Notes under the pieces: model-generated
The model's input: the letters and a program-made list of their open reading frames with translations, nothing else
Databases searched by the model: none
Told to the model about the DNA's origin: nothing
Part shown: positions 10,901 through 20,100 of the stretch, in pieces
How the letters are laid out: each line of letters begins with the position of its first letter
How positions within the stretch are numbered: the first letter of the stretch is position 1
Translations under genes and position numbers: made by a program
Source: a virus
Taxonomy: Duplodnaviria; Heunggongvirae; Uroviricota; Caudoviricetes
Reading direction: 5' to 3' (one strand)
Virus record (IMG/VR): IMGVR_UViG_3300025009_000056
DNA: 64,000 nt

Positions 10901-11074
10901 CATAAAATATTCAAGCACGGTATAATCACCGTACTTATCAAATCGGTCGAATATCATATCGAGAATTTTATCCTCTATTTCTCTATCTTTGTAATCGAAC
11001 TTTGAATAAACAAGTCTGATTTCTCCGGTTTCCTCTATTCTTACCGGATATGCGATATATTTCATGAATTCCAT
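1925..11074 (-). CDS. Giant (3049 aa) multidomain polyvalent-type effector protein: H-Y-E ADP-ribosyltransferase module + HEWFH zincin peptidase + N6-adenine DNA MTase + coiled coils
   Basis: Uninterrupted 9.15-kb ORF; ATG at 11072..11074; motifs VVYHGT...GFYGRGFYFTFN (DT/PARP-like), AHEWFHYFD (HExxH), FLEPSAGNGN + NPPF (amino-MTase motifs I and IV); FEDGG x3. Confidence 0.8.
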   Translation of the reverse strand: MEFMKYIAYPVRIEETGEIRLVYSKFDYKDREIEDKILDMIFDRFDKYGDYTVLEYFMSDAPTPEDIVIDYFRREVVEHVKNIFMISDFDITLPENDPRTVLFDFNSKLYTVTLKRFVFEWVDGIIKSYSYELSSVDKGVQSYFMQEDDLFTEFNFDIINDIVLDDLSVDIPEFEDGGELKPAKFSKVVGSSSRFKPYSETVFEPPIIGRNGNQLTSYLWSYEWDERPNWEGELVPYRKSDWSNAELSDETGRQIVHKFYIRKADGEIITASSESVPVLLGYLDKKQMKSFPNLVTALKTLAKQKLQLSIIEEENRKLDEAKALVDKMPKPEIERGDDEHIGRITWKMGDAWCLQESEEFNYENRQMEPVLEISEERKECVYSSWMRNRLKELGFDRTYAASTYDLKKRIERQEKKIAELSKMQNAESQFEDGGAVIPETIMVDGVERPTRNNLGKLIHETIAGIENFWRWFGDSKMIDAQLRPIVVYHGTNSDFHQFSASEIGSANDRGFYGRGFYFTFNSDPSWQSAARGEAGYYGNRIISAYVKTDNPFDMSSLSEYNGIRTFSMYHEPVVFLKNIADKFPEISNEIVLEKRGKYNRVDNSYEISYVGISVLPELFKKYDEDVIIETAYDGGKPSILFAYAKSKTKKASFTDSEGKIHEWDDTDDFGRWHVSLPENEAKLYAIIEAIEKYEGIKANYHAEGYMTRYESITDAIKNKGHDAIVQSLDGDEIVVFLPSQIKSATENNGDFDPNNPDIRFEDGGGVDGGREKIGEVVKQRLIKSQESKEFKDTEIVKYTKKYKVNYNLVSSQNLDEVEEDSVIAYKMVEKSRVWQEYVPADEKEKGYSSGATYLKVKCRDAMAARPFDSADARKVYVNGIEKLIEVLNNCYSYEQTDDALRGFLDRKDLFVGDLSEQEKKRSWSSDDWRRAEKLKGIFGVRFENFCKNRSDSAALDRKKAVGYSAFTKEEQDAWIDTRVASLNNYIDRASKVISDINKLNSYDELKNRDKDLYYKLSPYIKGSFDKFKQEVVSVFSNSITSSTSSITEIKDGSNIPEKYKIRMDDWSWTDEQKAERKGGDKDANAPKINTKIPLAYIKRTGGIKSPEVSVENIRKYFGFKNVIFGKALNDEFSRAHVRHFLGALTDLSEILNIDMAKVNSLGGLDINFATMGVGGHMATYFPSVKAINLSKNRGDGSVAHEWFHYFDNMVAEKDQHGGTYSFITSVFTSYNESAGVSNSAKALMDYINKGDGGFFKKVRYYAQSDIKYQGVYADTAEKAIEVAQKEYSGYRNGSMADGKSTVNFFGYIAYKFGLEYIDVDMHYNSSKYYYDSNHVAKSEYWVRSQELAARAFEAYIQLKLEKAGRVNNYLVSYKDNWAKWGDKMPYPQGAELEKISVLFDALFESVKNSMSIGDFVAFSKERQDEYIDFKDDDKTEVVEAAVVVESEVEPVVKDDVVNIVDDKQTAPALNENIETVVTEKSETMSDDDINKKVELQRSYIEKMMNPDNTDVYVREFIIQGFGISPVLIKDYGYKVDDYLVTERGLFKFAGFKKTNRRIWHDKFKQQIAESLNNEIRKEEQHLVRTKKQIEFWENIPVVKIENVKVGDTFVLLQIDSENLKVVGNVRFNITNVYDQWADGRVLSIDGTVLDYDDISSGDLVKEVIRTTAYGFVEESDNKDDIKEEKKVAENNKLEKSNLKTVKIIIPNDAVLKRVNSTPALKKLSRLDLVVGDNIEKVNHFQFSEMQRLYPVLNIELIELDKKNQIPMTGKYTLAKHKDIVKRTYDGEITIDEFKAAFYSALESQSELTAELEPLKKDALLKLLGGMMAYRYKSEKKEAAIRAIVTDVVDFFALGSYTMNFGDDPFKGVKDKVESLTQKSLDDYAAKIKESRAKRIADVEKAKLAIENPVTLEDFQTLIRVKGKEGMTPEQSAAYDELIAQQTKEKQQREEESKAVVKQVELEGVEMNIYETKHTKKGTPLFVVKLSERVDKDVYTELNKRAKQLGGYYSSYAREGAIAGFQFTEREQAEKFIAVKHGDVSNVEKVQEKKEEKKEKRADKLRQNAESIIERVDNELSKDRVTNTARRASMASNTESKLNTEKSIAKTMINIADAIESGETKYLDNVRTKAQIEQLNEIVTNAFYKFRMGKYKSYPEQEQHKYDPITPEAIDYVDEHYLFYPKVYVERWMDAVNKNEDKSGLKNIAGKIKKYLKGSGEYYKIKNKQELDDFMEFAEKVPDSWETSRLKEFAKSHKRLVSLGVESDEMLRALLREFVQYRGGVEKISRVKQLERELAGKKVGFDFFPTPKSGAEKMVDMADVKAGMSFLEPSAGNGNIADAIRDKTGIMADVCEISGELAEILKEKGYNLVASDFLDYNEKKYDRIIMNPPFSNRMDAEHLKHAYELLKPNGKVVSIVGEGIFSGSDRKAVEFREWIDSLGAYVEKLPEGTFTDKSLYATTGANARLVVIDKEGVRETDDEPETITETETSADENVNGIFITYDDGTPASEFLGLSENEAKELFEKYKQDENIKFLIWKKINPETGRYDDVVSALQLKEDESVIDYLKLPTPTNTSDVKDGIVKIVSMYSGREMAYIQVYHYLGQIGELGKQYVKEKRIETPEQLRKHTEYLQSKARKDVIDEGKKESAEAEKNISAMKAQTAVDNITKMAIEQGENMQREIDRQYPQKFSIPDEIKHLYKIVGDFSDIRGWRGEILNEWPENYKEYFSPQHIEGKTESEVRDMESKIGYVMISTESNHIIPITRFDEHQQGYEALEYIVYDKYHVKQEDYVSVWIIGNNYIYSEKEIPSFLIAAKKYIEYGGDKNNLIYIAGDGTIGKYVITIGEFVERDGDYKIVLTDKENNVSYLGKRFINKLTELSDLFSEYHLNPMKQGNQKFIETIWNSTDRFLEELSELKRTMDYNGGLLKQINNAGFTDFFFKHKDSVITDDILMDLERKLFSFAGVKNVIHRGLKQGSEELKRYFFNLELALEMFNQIDVPDRSKRKDVSEIKKETKTGASSEEKALLELMNSERERQEQELELLELEMEMGD
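3850..4250 (-). other. gamma-class N6-adenine DNA methyltransferase domain within giant protein 1
   Basis: FFPTPKSGAEKMVDMA...FLEPSAGNGN (motif I) ... RIIMNPPFS (motif IV; NPPF = rc of 3908..3919). Confidence 0.7.
7200..7700 (-). other. Zincin-like metallopeptidase domain (HEWFH) within giant protein 1
   Basis: rc of 7463..7477 = CAC GAA TGG TTC CAT (HEWFH) preceded by GDGSVA; HExxH zinc-binding signature. Confidence 0.5.
9420..9640 (-). other. ADP-ribosyltransferase-like domain (diphtheria toxin/PARP H-Y-E class) within giant protein 1
   Basis: rc of 9604..9615 encodes YHGT (cf. DT 'SSYHGTKPGY', PARP 'LLWHGSR'); downstream GFYGRGFYFTFN resembles DT 'WKGFYSTDNKY' / PARP 'GYMFGKGIYFA'. Confidence 0.55.
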
Positions 11075-11128
11075 TTAAAAACTGTTTAATTTTTACGCCT
11101 GCAAATATACGATAATTTACGTCTGAAA

Positions 11129-14100
11129 TCAATTGTTTATTTTATCAAGGTATTCCTTTATCTTGTCTATATTTTCTTTTGATTTACTTATTTTATACCT
11201 GTAAACATAACCAGCATCGGAATATTCGTTAGTGAACGACACGCCTGTTTGTTTTAAAAGGTTTGTGATTTGCTCTTTATCATTAGAACCACTGGGGTTA
11301 AAAATAACAGCCACACCTATTCCGTATGTAGTTGGATAAACATTTATTGAGCTTCCGGAATGCCCACTTTTTACAAGAATATCCTTAAAGATGACAGAGA
11401 AATCTTTATATATTTTCTCCTTGTTTATTTTATCCGAAATCCAACTCGCGGTGATAAGACTTCTTGTTTTTGGCAGCCTTATACTCTTTAACGACACACC
11501 ATCTATCCATTGTCCATCAATAGACCATCCGAAAGTAATCTCGCTCGCTTTCGGCGATTCGAGTTCCACCTCGTTAGTATATTCATCGTAAACATTTACG
11601 CTAACACCAAAATAATCCTCTATTTCCTTCGCACTTTCGAATGGTTTTTCTGATTCAATTTTGCCACCTTTTTCTTTCTTGCTTACCAAATCAGGATAAT
11701 CAGCCAGAACTTCTACCGGAACAGGCTTACCATCAGCAATTGCTTGTTCAATCATTTTTTTATGTGAGCCGTATTTGTATTCGTCAAGCGTTGCCATATG
11801 CTTTTTAACATAAGCCATACCGTCAGCCTGAATAGCTCTCTTTCTCTCAGCGCTCCATCTTTCTGCTGCTGTCATTTCCCACGCCTCTTTTTTATCAATC
11901 GAATACGGAGCAAGATATTTATCCCGTGTCAACTCTCTATCAACACTATCTCCATGACCCCAGTTGGTTTCTTTATCTTTCACATACTTATCCACAGCAG
12001 CCGCTATCTGCTCCCTTGTAAAACCACCATTGTAATCTTTGGCATACAATCCTTGTTTGCCATAAAATTCAGACATGTAATCAATAAAGTCGTTTATCTC
12101 GCTTTGGGTAGGCTTTGCTTTACCCGAATTAGAAATCATTTCCTCACCATCACTCATTTCAACCTCCAGTAGTTCAAGCTCCGATTCCTGTCTTTCGCTT
12201 TCAGATGATAAAAGTTGCAGTAACGCCATTTCCTCAGCCTTTTTCTCTGCCAACTCTTTTTGCTTTGCTGACATTTTCTTACCAGCCTTTTCCTGTTGGG
12301 CAATAATACGGGCAGCATTCTTTTCGGCTAACAAACGCTCTTTTTCATCGAGTTCCGCTTTTTCATCAGCAATTCTTTTTTCCTCAGCCAATCTGTCTGC
12401 TTCCTCTTTATCTTTTCTTGCTTTTTCAGCTTTTAACTCCTCAGCTTTTTGACGTACTAAATCCTCTTTCAATTTTTTCTCAGCGGCTCGTTTGTTTTTC
12501 TCAGCCTCACGCTTATTGATAGCCTCTATCTGCTCACGTGACTCATCTTTTGCTCGTGTGATTTCTTTTTGCAAACGTTCTTTTTCAACATCAGCATCCT
12601 TCTGTAATTTTTTCTTCGTCTTACCTATCTCGGTGTTAACGAGTCCATCCGGAGAAATATCAATAGACTCAATGCTTTCACGATTAACCACCTTAACGGT
12701 CTCATCATTACAGTCGAAACAAGGATAATCTAAAATCTCTACAGGTATATCGTATCCCTCAATGTGAAGAGGCATAACCAATACAAATGGATTTTTTAAA
12801 CTACGGGCATCAGCAGCACTACCAACTGGCATGAATAATAATCCACGCTTGTTTGTTGAACCGGATATTTCAATCTTATCATATCCAAGTCGCTTCATGA
12901 ATGTAGTGGCTTTTATTAAATTCTCACTTGATACTTTAACAACCAATTCATCTATTTTAATCACAACACCAGCAACTCCGGCTTTCTGAACGATTCCAGA
13001 TTTATACATTGCGTTTGCAAATATCTCAAGACTGTTTACATTAATAATGTTTCTATTATTATTGTTCTGAGGAAGAACACCAATATACTCCGGATACCTT
13101 GTTTTATCAGAATCATTTCCGCTTTTAATTTCGCCACCATCGGGAATATCATATGTCTCAATGCAATCTTTGGTCAAACAGAAATTACCTTTTTTAGAGA
13201 CCTTACCGTTTATGAAAGCTAAAACATTTGCATTTGTTGCAGAGACACCATGCTCATCAAATCTTATAGCTTTCAGAATATCCCTCGCCACACTATCTTT
13301 CGTGGCCGCGAAATCGTCCATAATATTAATCAGGTTCTTATCTGATGGGTCGAGCTTATAGGAAAGCGGTCTAACATCTGATTTTTTCTTAAATTTTTCA
13401 GGGATAAATTCAAAAAGATTCAGGTTGCTTTCGGCAAATATTTCATAGAACAATGTTTCATCAGTCTTATCATATGCATACGTTATCCAATTATACATAT
13501 AATCGTCTTTCACCATTGTCTTTGAAAGTCCGGCTTTCTCCAATAGGTCGTAATATACTGACAGTTTTTCAGGTTGTTTTGATTTTATCACAACCTCAAT
13601 AATAAATTCAGCCAGTGTACCAACAACAGTGTTACTTGTATCTCCGTGCTGTACATTGAAGTATTTCTTATCTTTTGTCTCGTTATAATTGGAAAGAGCT
13701 TTTTCAAAACGCTCTAAAATTCCAGCCTCATATACGGGGTCTAAATATGGCTTTTCCTCTCCCGTATCGGAAACAGGCTGTTTAAACTCCGCTATTTCTT
13801 TTAGACATGCAATTTTAAATTCCTTAAGAGATTCTTCAGCTCCGGAAACATTACCATCCTTATACTGTTTTATTGCTTTTATCAATATTTTATTTGTAGG
13901 ATGGAAGTTCATATCTCTGAGACTTTCCGTAAGTTTTTCGAGCTTTCCTACTCCCCAAGACAAACTGGCTTTCGCGCCAGTGTTGAGCATGTCCATTGTT
14001 GGAAAATCTTCCTCATACTCCATTCCAAATTCATATCGGCCAACAGGATTTGAATCCTCCTTATCTTTGTTTTTATTCATTTGCTCATCTTTTATTTCAT

Positions 14101-17100
14101 TATTTTCGACACCAATATTTTGCTCCTCACTGATAACTGGAACAACTACCTCCTCTGTCAAAACAGGCTCAAATCTATTCGTGACATTTGCATTTGGATA
14201 TTTTTCAAGAATCCACTTTTTCAACTCACTCTCGATTGCACTAATTCCCGATTTTGCAACAGGAACTTTTTCTCCAACGATTGCGGAAATAACCTCTTGT
14301 CTTTTCTGTCTATTATGGTCTCCGGATAAATTATATATCAAATCCCCTATAGCCCGATAGTCTTTTCCGGCTTTCACGACCTGCTCGTCAACCATTTTCA
14401 CAAACGGATGTGGATACTCACCTTTCACAACATCACCATTCTCAAATTTATCTTTATATAGAATGGCTACATTTTTCAGAAAACCAAATCCATATTTCGA
14501 CTTAATGTAACTAATATCATCATCTATTACGTTGTCGTCAACCTGCGCAACATAAGAACCTCTGAAAATAATAAAATATTCACCGGATTTACTATGCTTA
14601 ACAATGCTGAAATACTCCTGAATTTCCAAATCCTCGAAATCTGATGAATTCCACCAATCACCCGTTATTTTATGAATCTGTGTTGAAAGCGGATTTCTAT
14701 CGGAGATAACAATTACTGTTGCGCTTTTCTGCACATCACCACCATTTTCAAATAATTCACCATTACTATAGTCTCTGCTTAACACTCCTATATTTCTGTC
14801 ATGCTCCGCCTCAAAAACAACATCTTCTACATATTGCGAACCCCATGAGGCTCCCAACTCCCAGTTACCCTCATCATCCATAAAATAATGACGGCCAAAA
14901 TAATAAACAGGGTTTTGTTTTTTCTCGAAAACAACTTTATTATTGTTTTCAAAATATATCGTTCTTTCTTTTTCCACATCCTCCCTCGTGAATGGAGTAT
15001 TAATATCTCTCACAGCACCACCGTCTTCGAACATGGTTATTCCGGCCATCTGTACCTGATTCTGGTCAAATAAACTCATACTGTTATCGTTTTCAATTGT
15101 ATCCTGAATAATATTACCCTCATTATTAAGCGTTTTGTCTATATTTTCACCAACAACATCACCTTTGTCAAATTTCCAGTATTCAGTCTTCAAGCTAATT
15201 CCAACTTTATTTTTGTAAATTGGATTTTTATCCACACGGAATTTATCGACATAATCAGAGCTATTAAAATCACTGATAAACAAATCAGCTTTTTCCGCTG
15301 ATTTCATATCAAGCACCCTTCTTGCTACGGAATTCTCTTGCATTTCTTTAAAAAGATTTCCCCAAAATGTATTAATCTTGCTTTTCCTATCATCCAACCT
15401 TCCACCATCCTCAAACGGCAAATCCAACGTGTTATCCCTAAACATTTGTTTGAGCTTATTCTTTTTCGCGTTCCAATTACTTATATCATATTCATCCCAC
15501 TCGCTCACTGGCTTGCTATAAAGGTAATTCGTCTCATCACCAACCGCTCCAAGAAGTCTATAAACACTATCCTGTGTTGGCACAACTCCACCATCTTCCA
15601 GAATTTCGCCGTTTGGTTTTATTGCGCCTTTCATTTTCTCATCAATTAAATTATTTTCCTTACTCGATTCAATCAAACAATCACAATCAATAGCTTTTCC
15701 GCCGCCATCCTGATTTATTTTCGACAACTCCTCGCAATGCATCTGTGCTGCTTTTCTGGTAATAACAATCTCAGCCTGCTCGATTTCTATCGGCTGTCCG
15801 GTTTCTTTCACCACCATTGGGATGCCGTCATTTGTATGCAGCTCTCCATTATACGCAGCGCCACCATCGGCTATACTGTTATCGTCCTGAAGTGTAATAT
15901 TGTTTACTGAATCGCCCTTTTCCATTTTGTTTGATTTATTGTTTACTAAATTCATTTCTGTGTCATTATTTTTTTCACCATCATTAATATCTACAACCGA
16001 GTCCTCTTTAATATCAAATATTACACTACCATAAGAACCGGAATCCGGATTTGCATCACCCTCTTTTACCGGAATATTTCTAACATCAATCCCCTCATAT
16101 CCCAACGCTTTCAGAATAATAGTTGCCGATGTATCCACGATATTTGTTCCGTCAGACGGCTGCTCTAATCTATTTTCCGCTTTCACTGAATTTTCAAGCA
16201 GCGATTTTATTATTTCATCTTTTTTCGCTGTCAACTCATTCTTAAATTCGGAAATAAAGTCACTGAATAAAGAGTATTCTTTTAATTTCGAAATCATTGA
16301 ATCCCAATCGGAATAAACCCTATCTGCGCTGACAATATTAGGAGTCTGACTTAATGCGTTTTTAATCCAGAAATAATCAGAACTGTTTGACGGCCTTAGC
16401 AAATTATACTGAGAGAAATCAACTGCTTTTACACTTTTCTCTCCGGTTAATCTATTTCCGCGTTGCATTGCTGGCTCAATGGATGAATAGAAATAATATC
16501 CGGTGAAAGGAACTGATGTGCCGCGCAGTGTACTACCAATACCCTCAGCCTTTTTATATAAATCACCACCGTGATAACCCAAGTTGTCAACAGAACCACC
16601 GTCCTCAAATTTTATATATTTGACAACGGATTTAAACTTATCGTATTCCCTTTGTTTAATCGGCTCGCTTATTCCAAAATTTTCTTTTAGGTATTCAGAC
16701 ATTTCACCAATGCCCATGTTTTTAATATCGTCAATAACCGTTTTGTATTCAGAATCACTCAACTCCCTAAAAACGATTACCGGAATAGTCTTTGCGCCTA
16801 AACTCTTTGCGGCCAGCGCCCGATGTCTTCCCTCTTGTGATTTACCGCCAATGGTTAAATATGGTATTTCAAATAAATCACCAGCTTTCATTAATTCAGC
16901 AATTTCTATTACATTATCATCGGAAACATACTGCATATTTTCACCAGTCGACAAGAAAAATCCTTTTGAAACATCATACATGTATTCATCCGGAGTCATT
17001 TCAACTATTTTTGCAGTCTTTGACTTTTCCGTAATAGCATAAAGTGGCATATCAAATTCGACATGCTTTCTTTTCGCATCATCGTAATCCCAGTTTATTT

Positions 17101-20100
17101 CAGTTGAAACATTGCCACCGTTCTCAAATCTAATATCCGGATTTTCGGCATTGAAAGTGGTGTTCGTTCCGTCTGCGAGTTTTATTTGGGTTGAATCAAA
17201 ACAACTTATAATAGCACCTCTATCCCAATGGTTGAATTTTATTCCATCGTAATTATTCCCTCTTAATATTTCAGAAACATCATCATTAAAATAATCGTTG
17301 TTTATTGATTTAACCTCACTTATCACATCACTTGGACTTTCACCCTCAACTATGAATAGTTTTCTTATATTTAAAAACACAGGTAAAATCGTTTTCCCAT
17401 ATTCTTTAAATTCATCTTTACTTATGGAAAAATAGAACCCTCTTCCCAACCACCCTATCAATTGCTTTTGCTTGTCAAACTCATATATTTTTGCTTTAGC
17501 CCTATTGTAAACCACCAATGGCTCTCCATTGGAATCTACAACTTTACTCGCGTTTTCTGGGTCGTTAATCCAGTCACCAAACCACGAAAGAAACTCTGGT
17601 GTGCGGACTAATTCATATTGCTCCGGAGTCAGGTTACTCGTTTTCCCGTTAGGTGCAACCATGCCACCATCCTCCATTTCAGCAACAGGGCAACCAACAA
17701 CAGCTTTTATACCATCGGTAAATTCAATAGTTCTAAAACTTTCCTCATTAAATTCACACGGTTCCACCTGACGAAATCTGTATGTGTTTTCTTTTTCGTC
17801 AACATCGGTTTTATATCCGTGTTTTTTCAACCACGCCTTAGCTTTCTTCAGTGTAAAATTGTCTTTTGAAAACAAAAGAGTTTGCACCTTTGTGCCAACC
17901 GGACATTCTACAAAACCACCCTGTTCAAATTTATCTTTGAGTGTGTTTTTAATTTCAGCTTCAGACGGAGCGGCAATAACTTTTCCGTCCGGTAATCTCA
18001 AATTCTGAAACCTGCTCGGATATTGATAAAAAGGGTTTCCATATTTCGAGAAATTAATAATTATCTGATTTGATAATGTAAACGAAATATCGGAGCCGTA
18101 GTTAAAATAAATGTCTTGGTCTTTTCTTTTTCCGGAGCTTTCAACATTCAATAAATCATCATTTGCACCGAGGAGTAAATCGGATAATTTGTCATACATC
18201 TTATTCTTGTAAGATGAAATATCCATCGTTGATTTTTCATCAGATATTTTCTCGATTAACTCATCAGTGTTTTCAAGCTGATATATATTGTGCGCACTAT
18301 TTTCATCCTTAACGAATGTAAACGGCCTGAGAGCATATCTGATTTCTCTATTTCTCTCGAAATTGTTTTTATCATTAACATTCAATGGGTAAAGAATGTC
18401 AACATTATTCGTACCCTTTCCAACAATCTCTTTCTGAAATTCAGAAATAATATTGTTATACATTCTTTTGTACGATTCTTTTATTTCTAAACGGAAAGCC
18501 TCAGCGACCTCATCTATTACGCGCTTTATTTTCGGGTTTATCTTTCCGGTTACTTCCTGAATTCGCTTTTCCTCTGTTACGCTTTTAGGCTCGCGTTTTA
18601 CAATGCGGCCTTTTATCAGCTTTAATTTCTCGGCTACCTTACGCCTTAATTCCGTATTTCTATCGGGAGTGTTATAATAGTCGTATATTTCCCTCTCGTA
18701 CTTATTCATTGCCTGAATATCCGACTTTTTTAATTTACCGCCCCAATGCAATTCATTTAGTATTGTGCTATTTCCATTGACGGGAGTTCCCTCTTTAAAT
18801 AGGAAGTCATGCAGGTTTTTATATTCCAGATTGTCACGGTGAATAATATCCCAAGCAAAGTCTGAAAAACCTTTTTTCACAACGAGACTGACTTTTTCGC
18901 TGAAAGCACGTTTCATTCTATCGTAATCAGCCTTAATAAGCGTGTCTTTTTCTACGTCAAAGTCTAGAAATTCATTTATTGCATTAACATACTCTTTTGG
19001 TGCTCGTTGTTGCATTGCTCCAATAACAACAGCCCTTTCGTCGGTGGAAATAACGCCACCGTCCTCAAATCTAATATCCGGATTTTCGGCATCAAAAGTT
19101 ACATTTGTTCCATCCGCGAGTTTTATTTGTTCCGGATAAAACGCCACGTATTGATTGTTTATCAATTCTTTTATCCCTCTTTCTCCGAATAGGTTAATCC
19201 AATAGTTTTTATCATCATCATTTAATGGCTCTATAAAATAACCATCATGGTTGTCTTTTATCAACTCATCCCTTAAGATTTCAGGACTCGTACTCGTCAT
19301 CGTCCATTGGCGAGCATTTACTGTTTTCGGGGTTTTTATAGACAAGAAACAATCAATTACCTTTGAACCTTTTTTCAACTCACTCTTTTCCGCCAAACTC
19401 CACTTATACCGCGTAAAATCCTCGGCTAAACTTTTATTATTTGTAAAATAAAAACCCATTTTACCCCAATCCGCACCAGTCTGCTTGGTTGCGTGTTTTA
19501 AAGAGAAAATAGTAAAATCTTTTACAGTTCCATGATAAACCACCAACGGCTCTCCATTGGAATCTACAACTTTACTCGCGTTTTGTGGGTCATTAATCCA
19601 ATCACCGAACCATGCTTTAAACTCGGGTGTACGGACTAATTCATATTGCTCCGGAGTCAGGTTGCTCGGTTTTCCATTGGGAGCCAGCAACACATCATCA
19701 TTCTTTTTACGCGAAATTTTAAAATCAACCAACGTGGGCTGTTTTCTTACAGGTCTCTTTTCTTTCGGCAAGTCATAATATTTCAATCCGAACTCCATCA
19801 GATTGGCATAAATAATTTCTTTTTGTTTCTGAAAATCCGACTCATTCTCATGTTCCGCTATCAACCCTTTTTCAATCGCATCGTAAATGACATTGGTTTT
19901 CATTTGCGGAATACCGTATTTTTTCGCAACCTCATCAATACCCATCTTGTCGGAAATGGAATATATCTTTTGTCTGAATTTAGCCAGATATTTTTCCGGA
20001 CTTTTTTTCACCACGATGCTTTTTCCAGAATCGCGTACAATATCTTTTTTACCCATAATGGATGCAACAACGCCACCGATAACACTGAGCGGAATAACAC

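Noticed and set aside
13689-14360. 223-aa plus-strand ORF and many other 60-180 aa plus-strand ORFs inside the two giant genes (e.g. 4656..5015, 7545..8021, 16584..17042, 19646..20107)
   Set aside because: They lie entirely inside long uninterrupted minus-strand ORFs that have clear domain signatures. No plus-strand gene is supported anywhere in the window.
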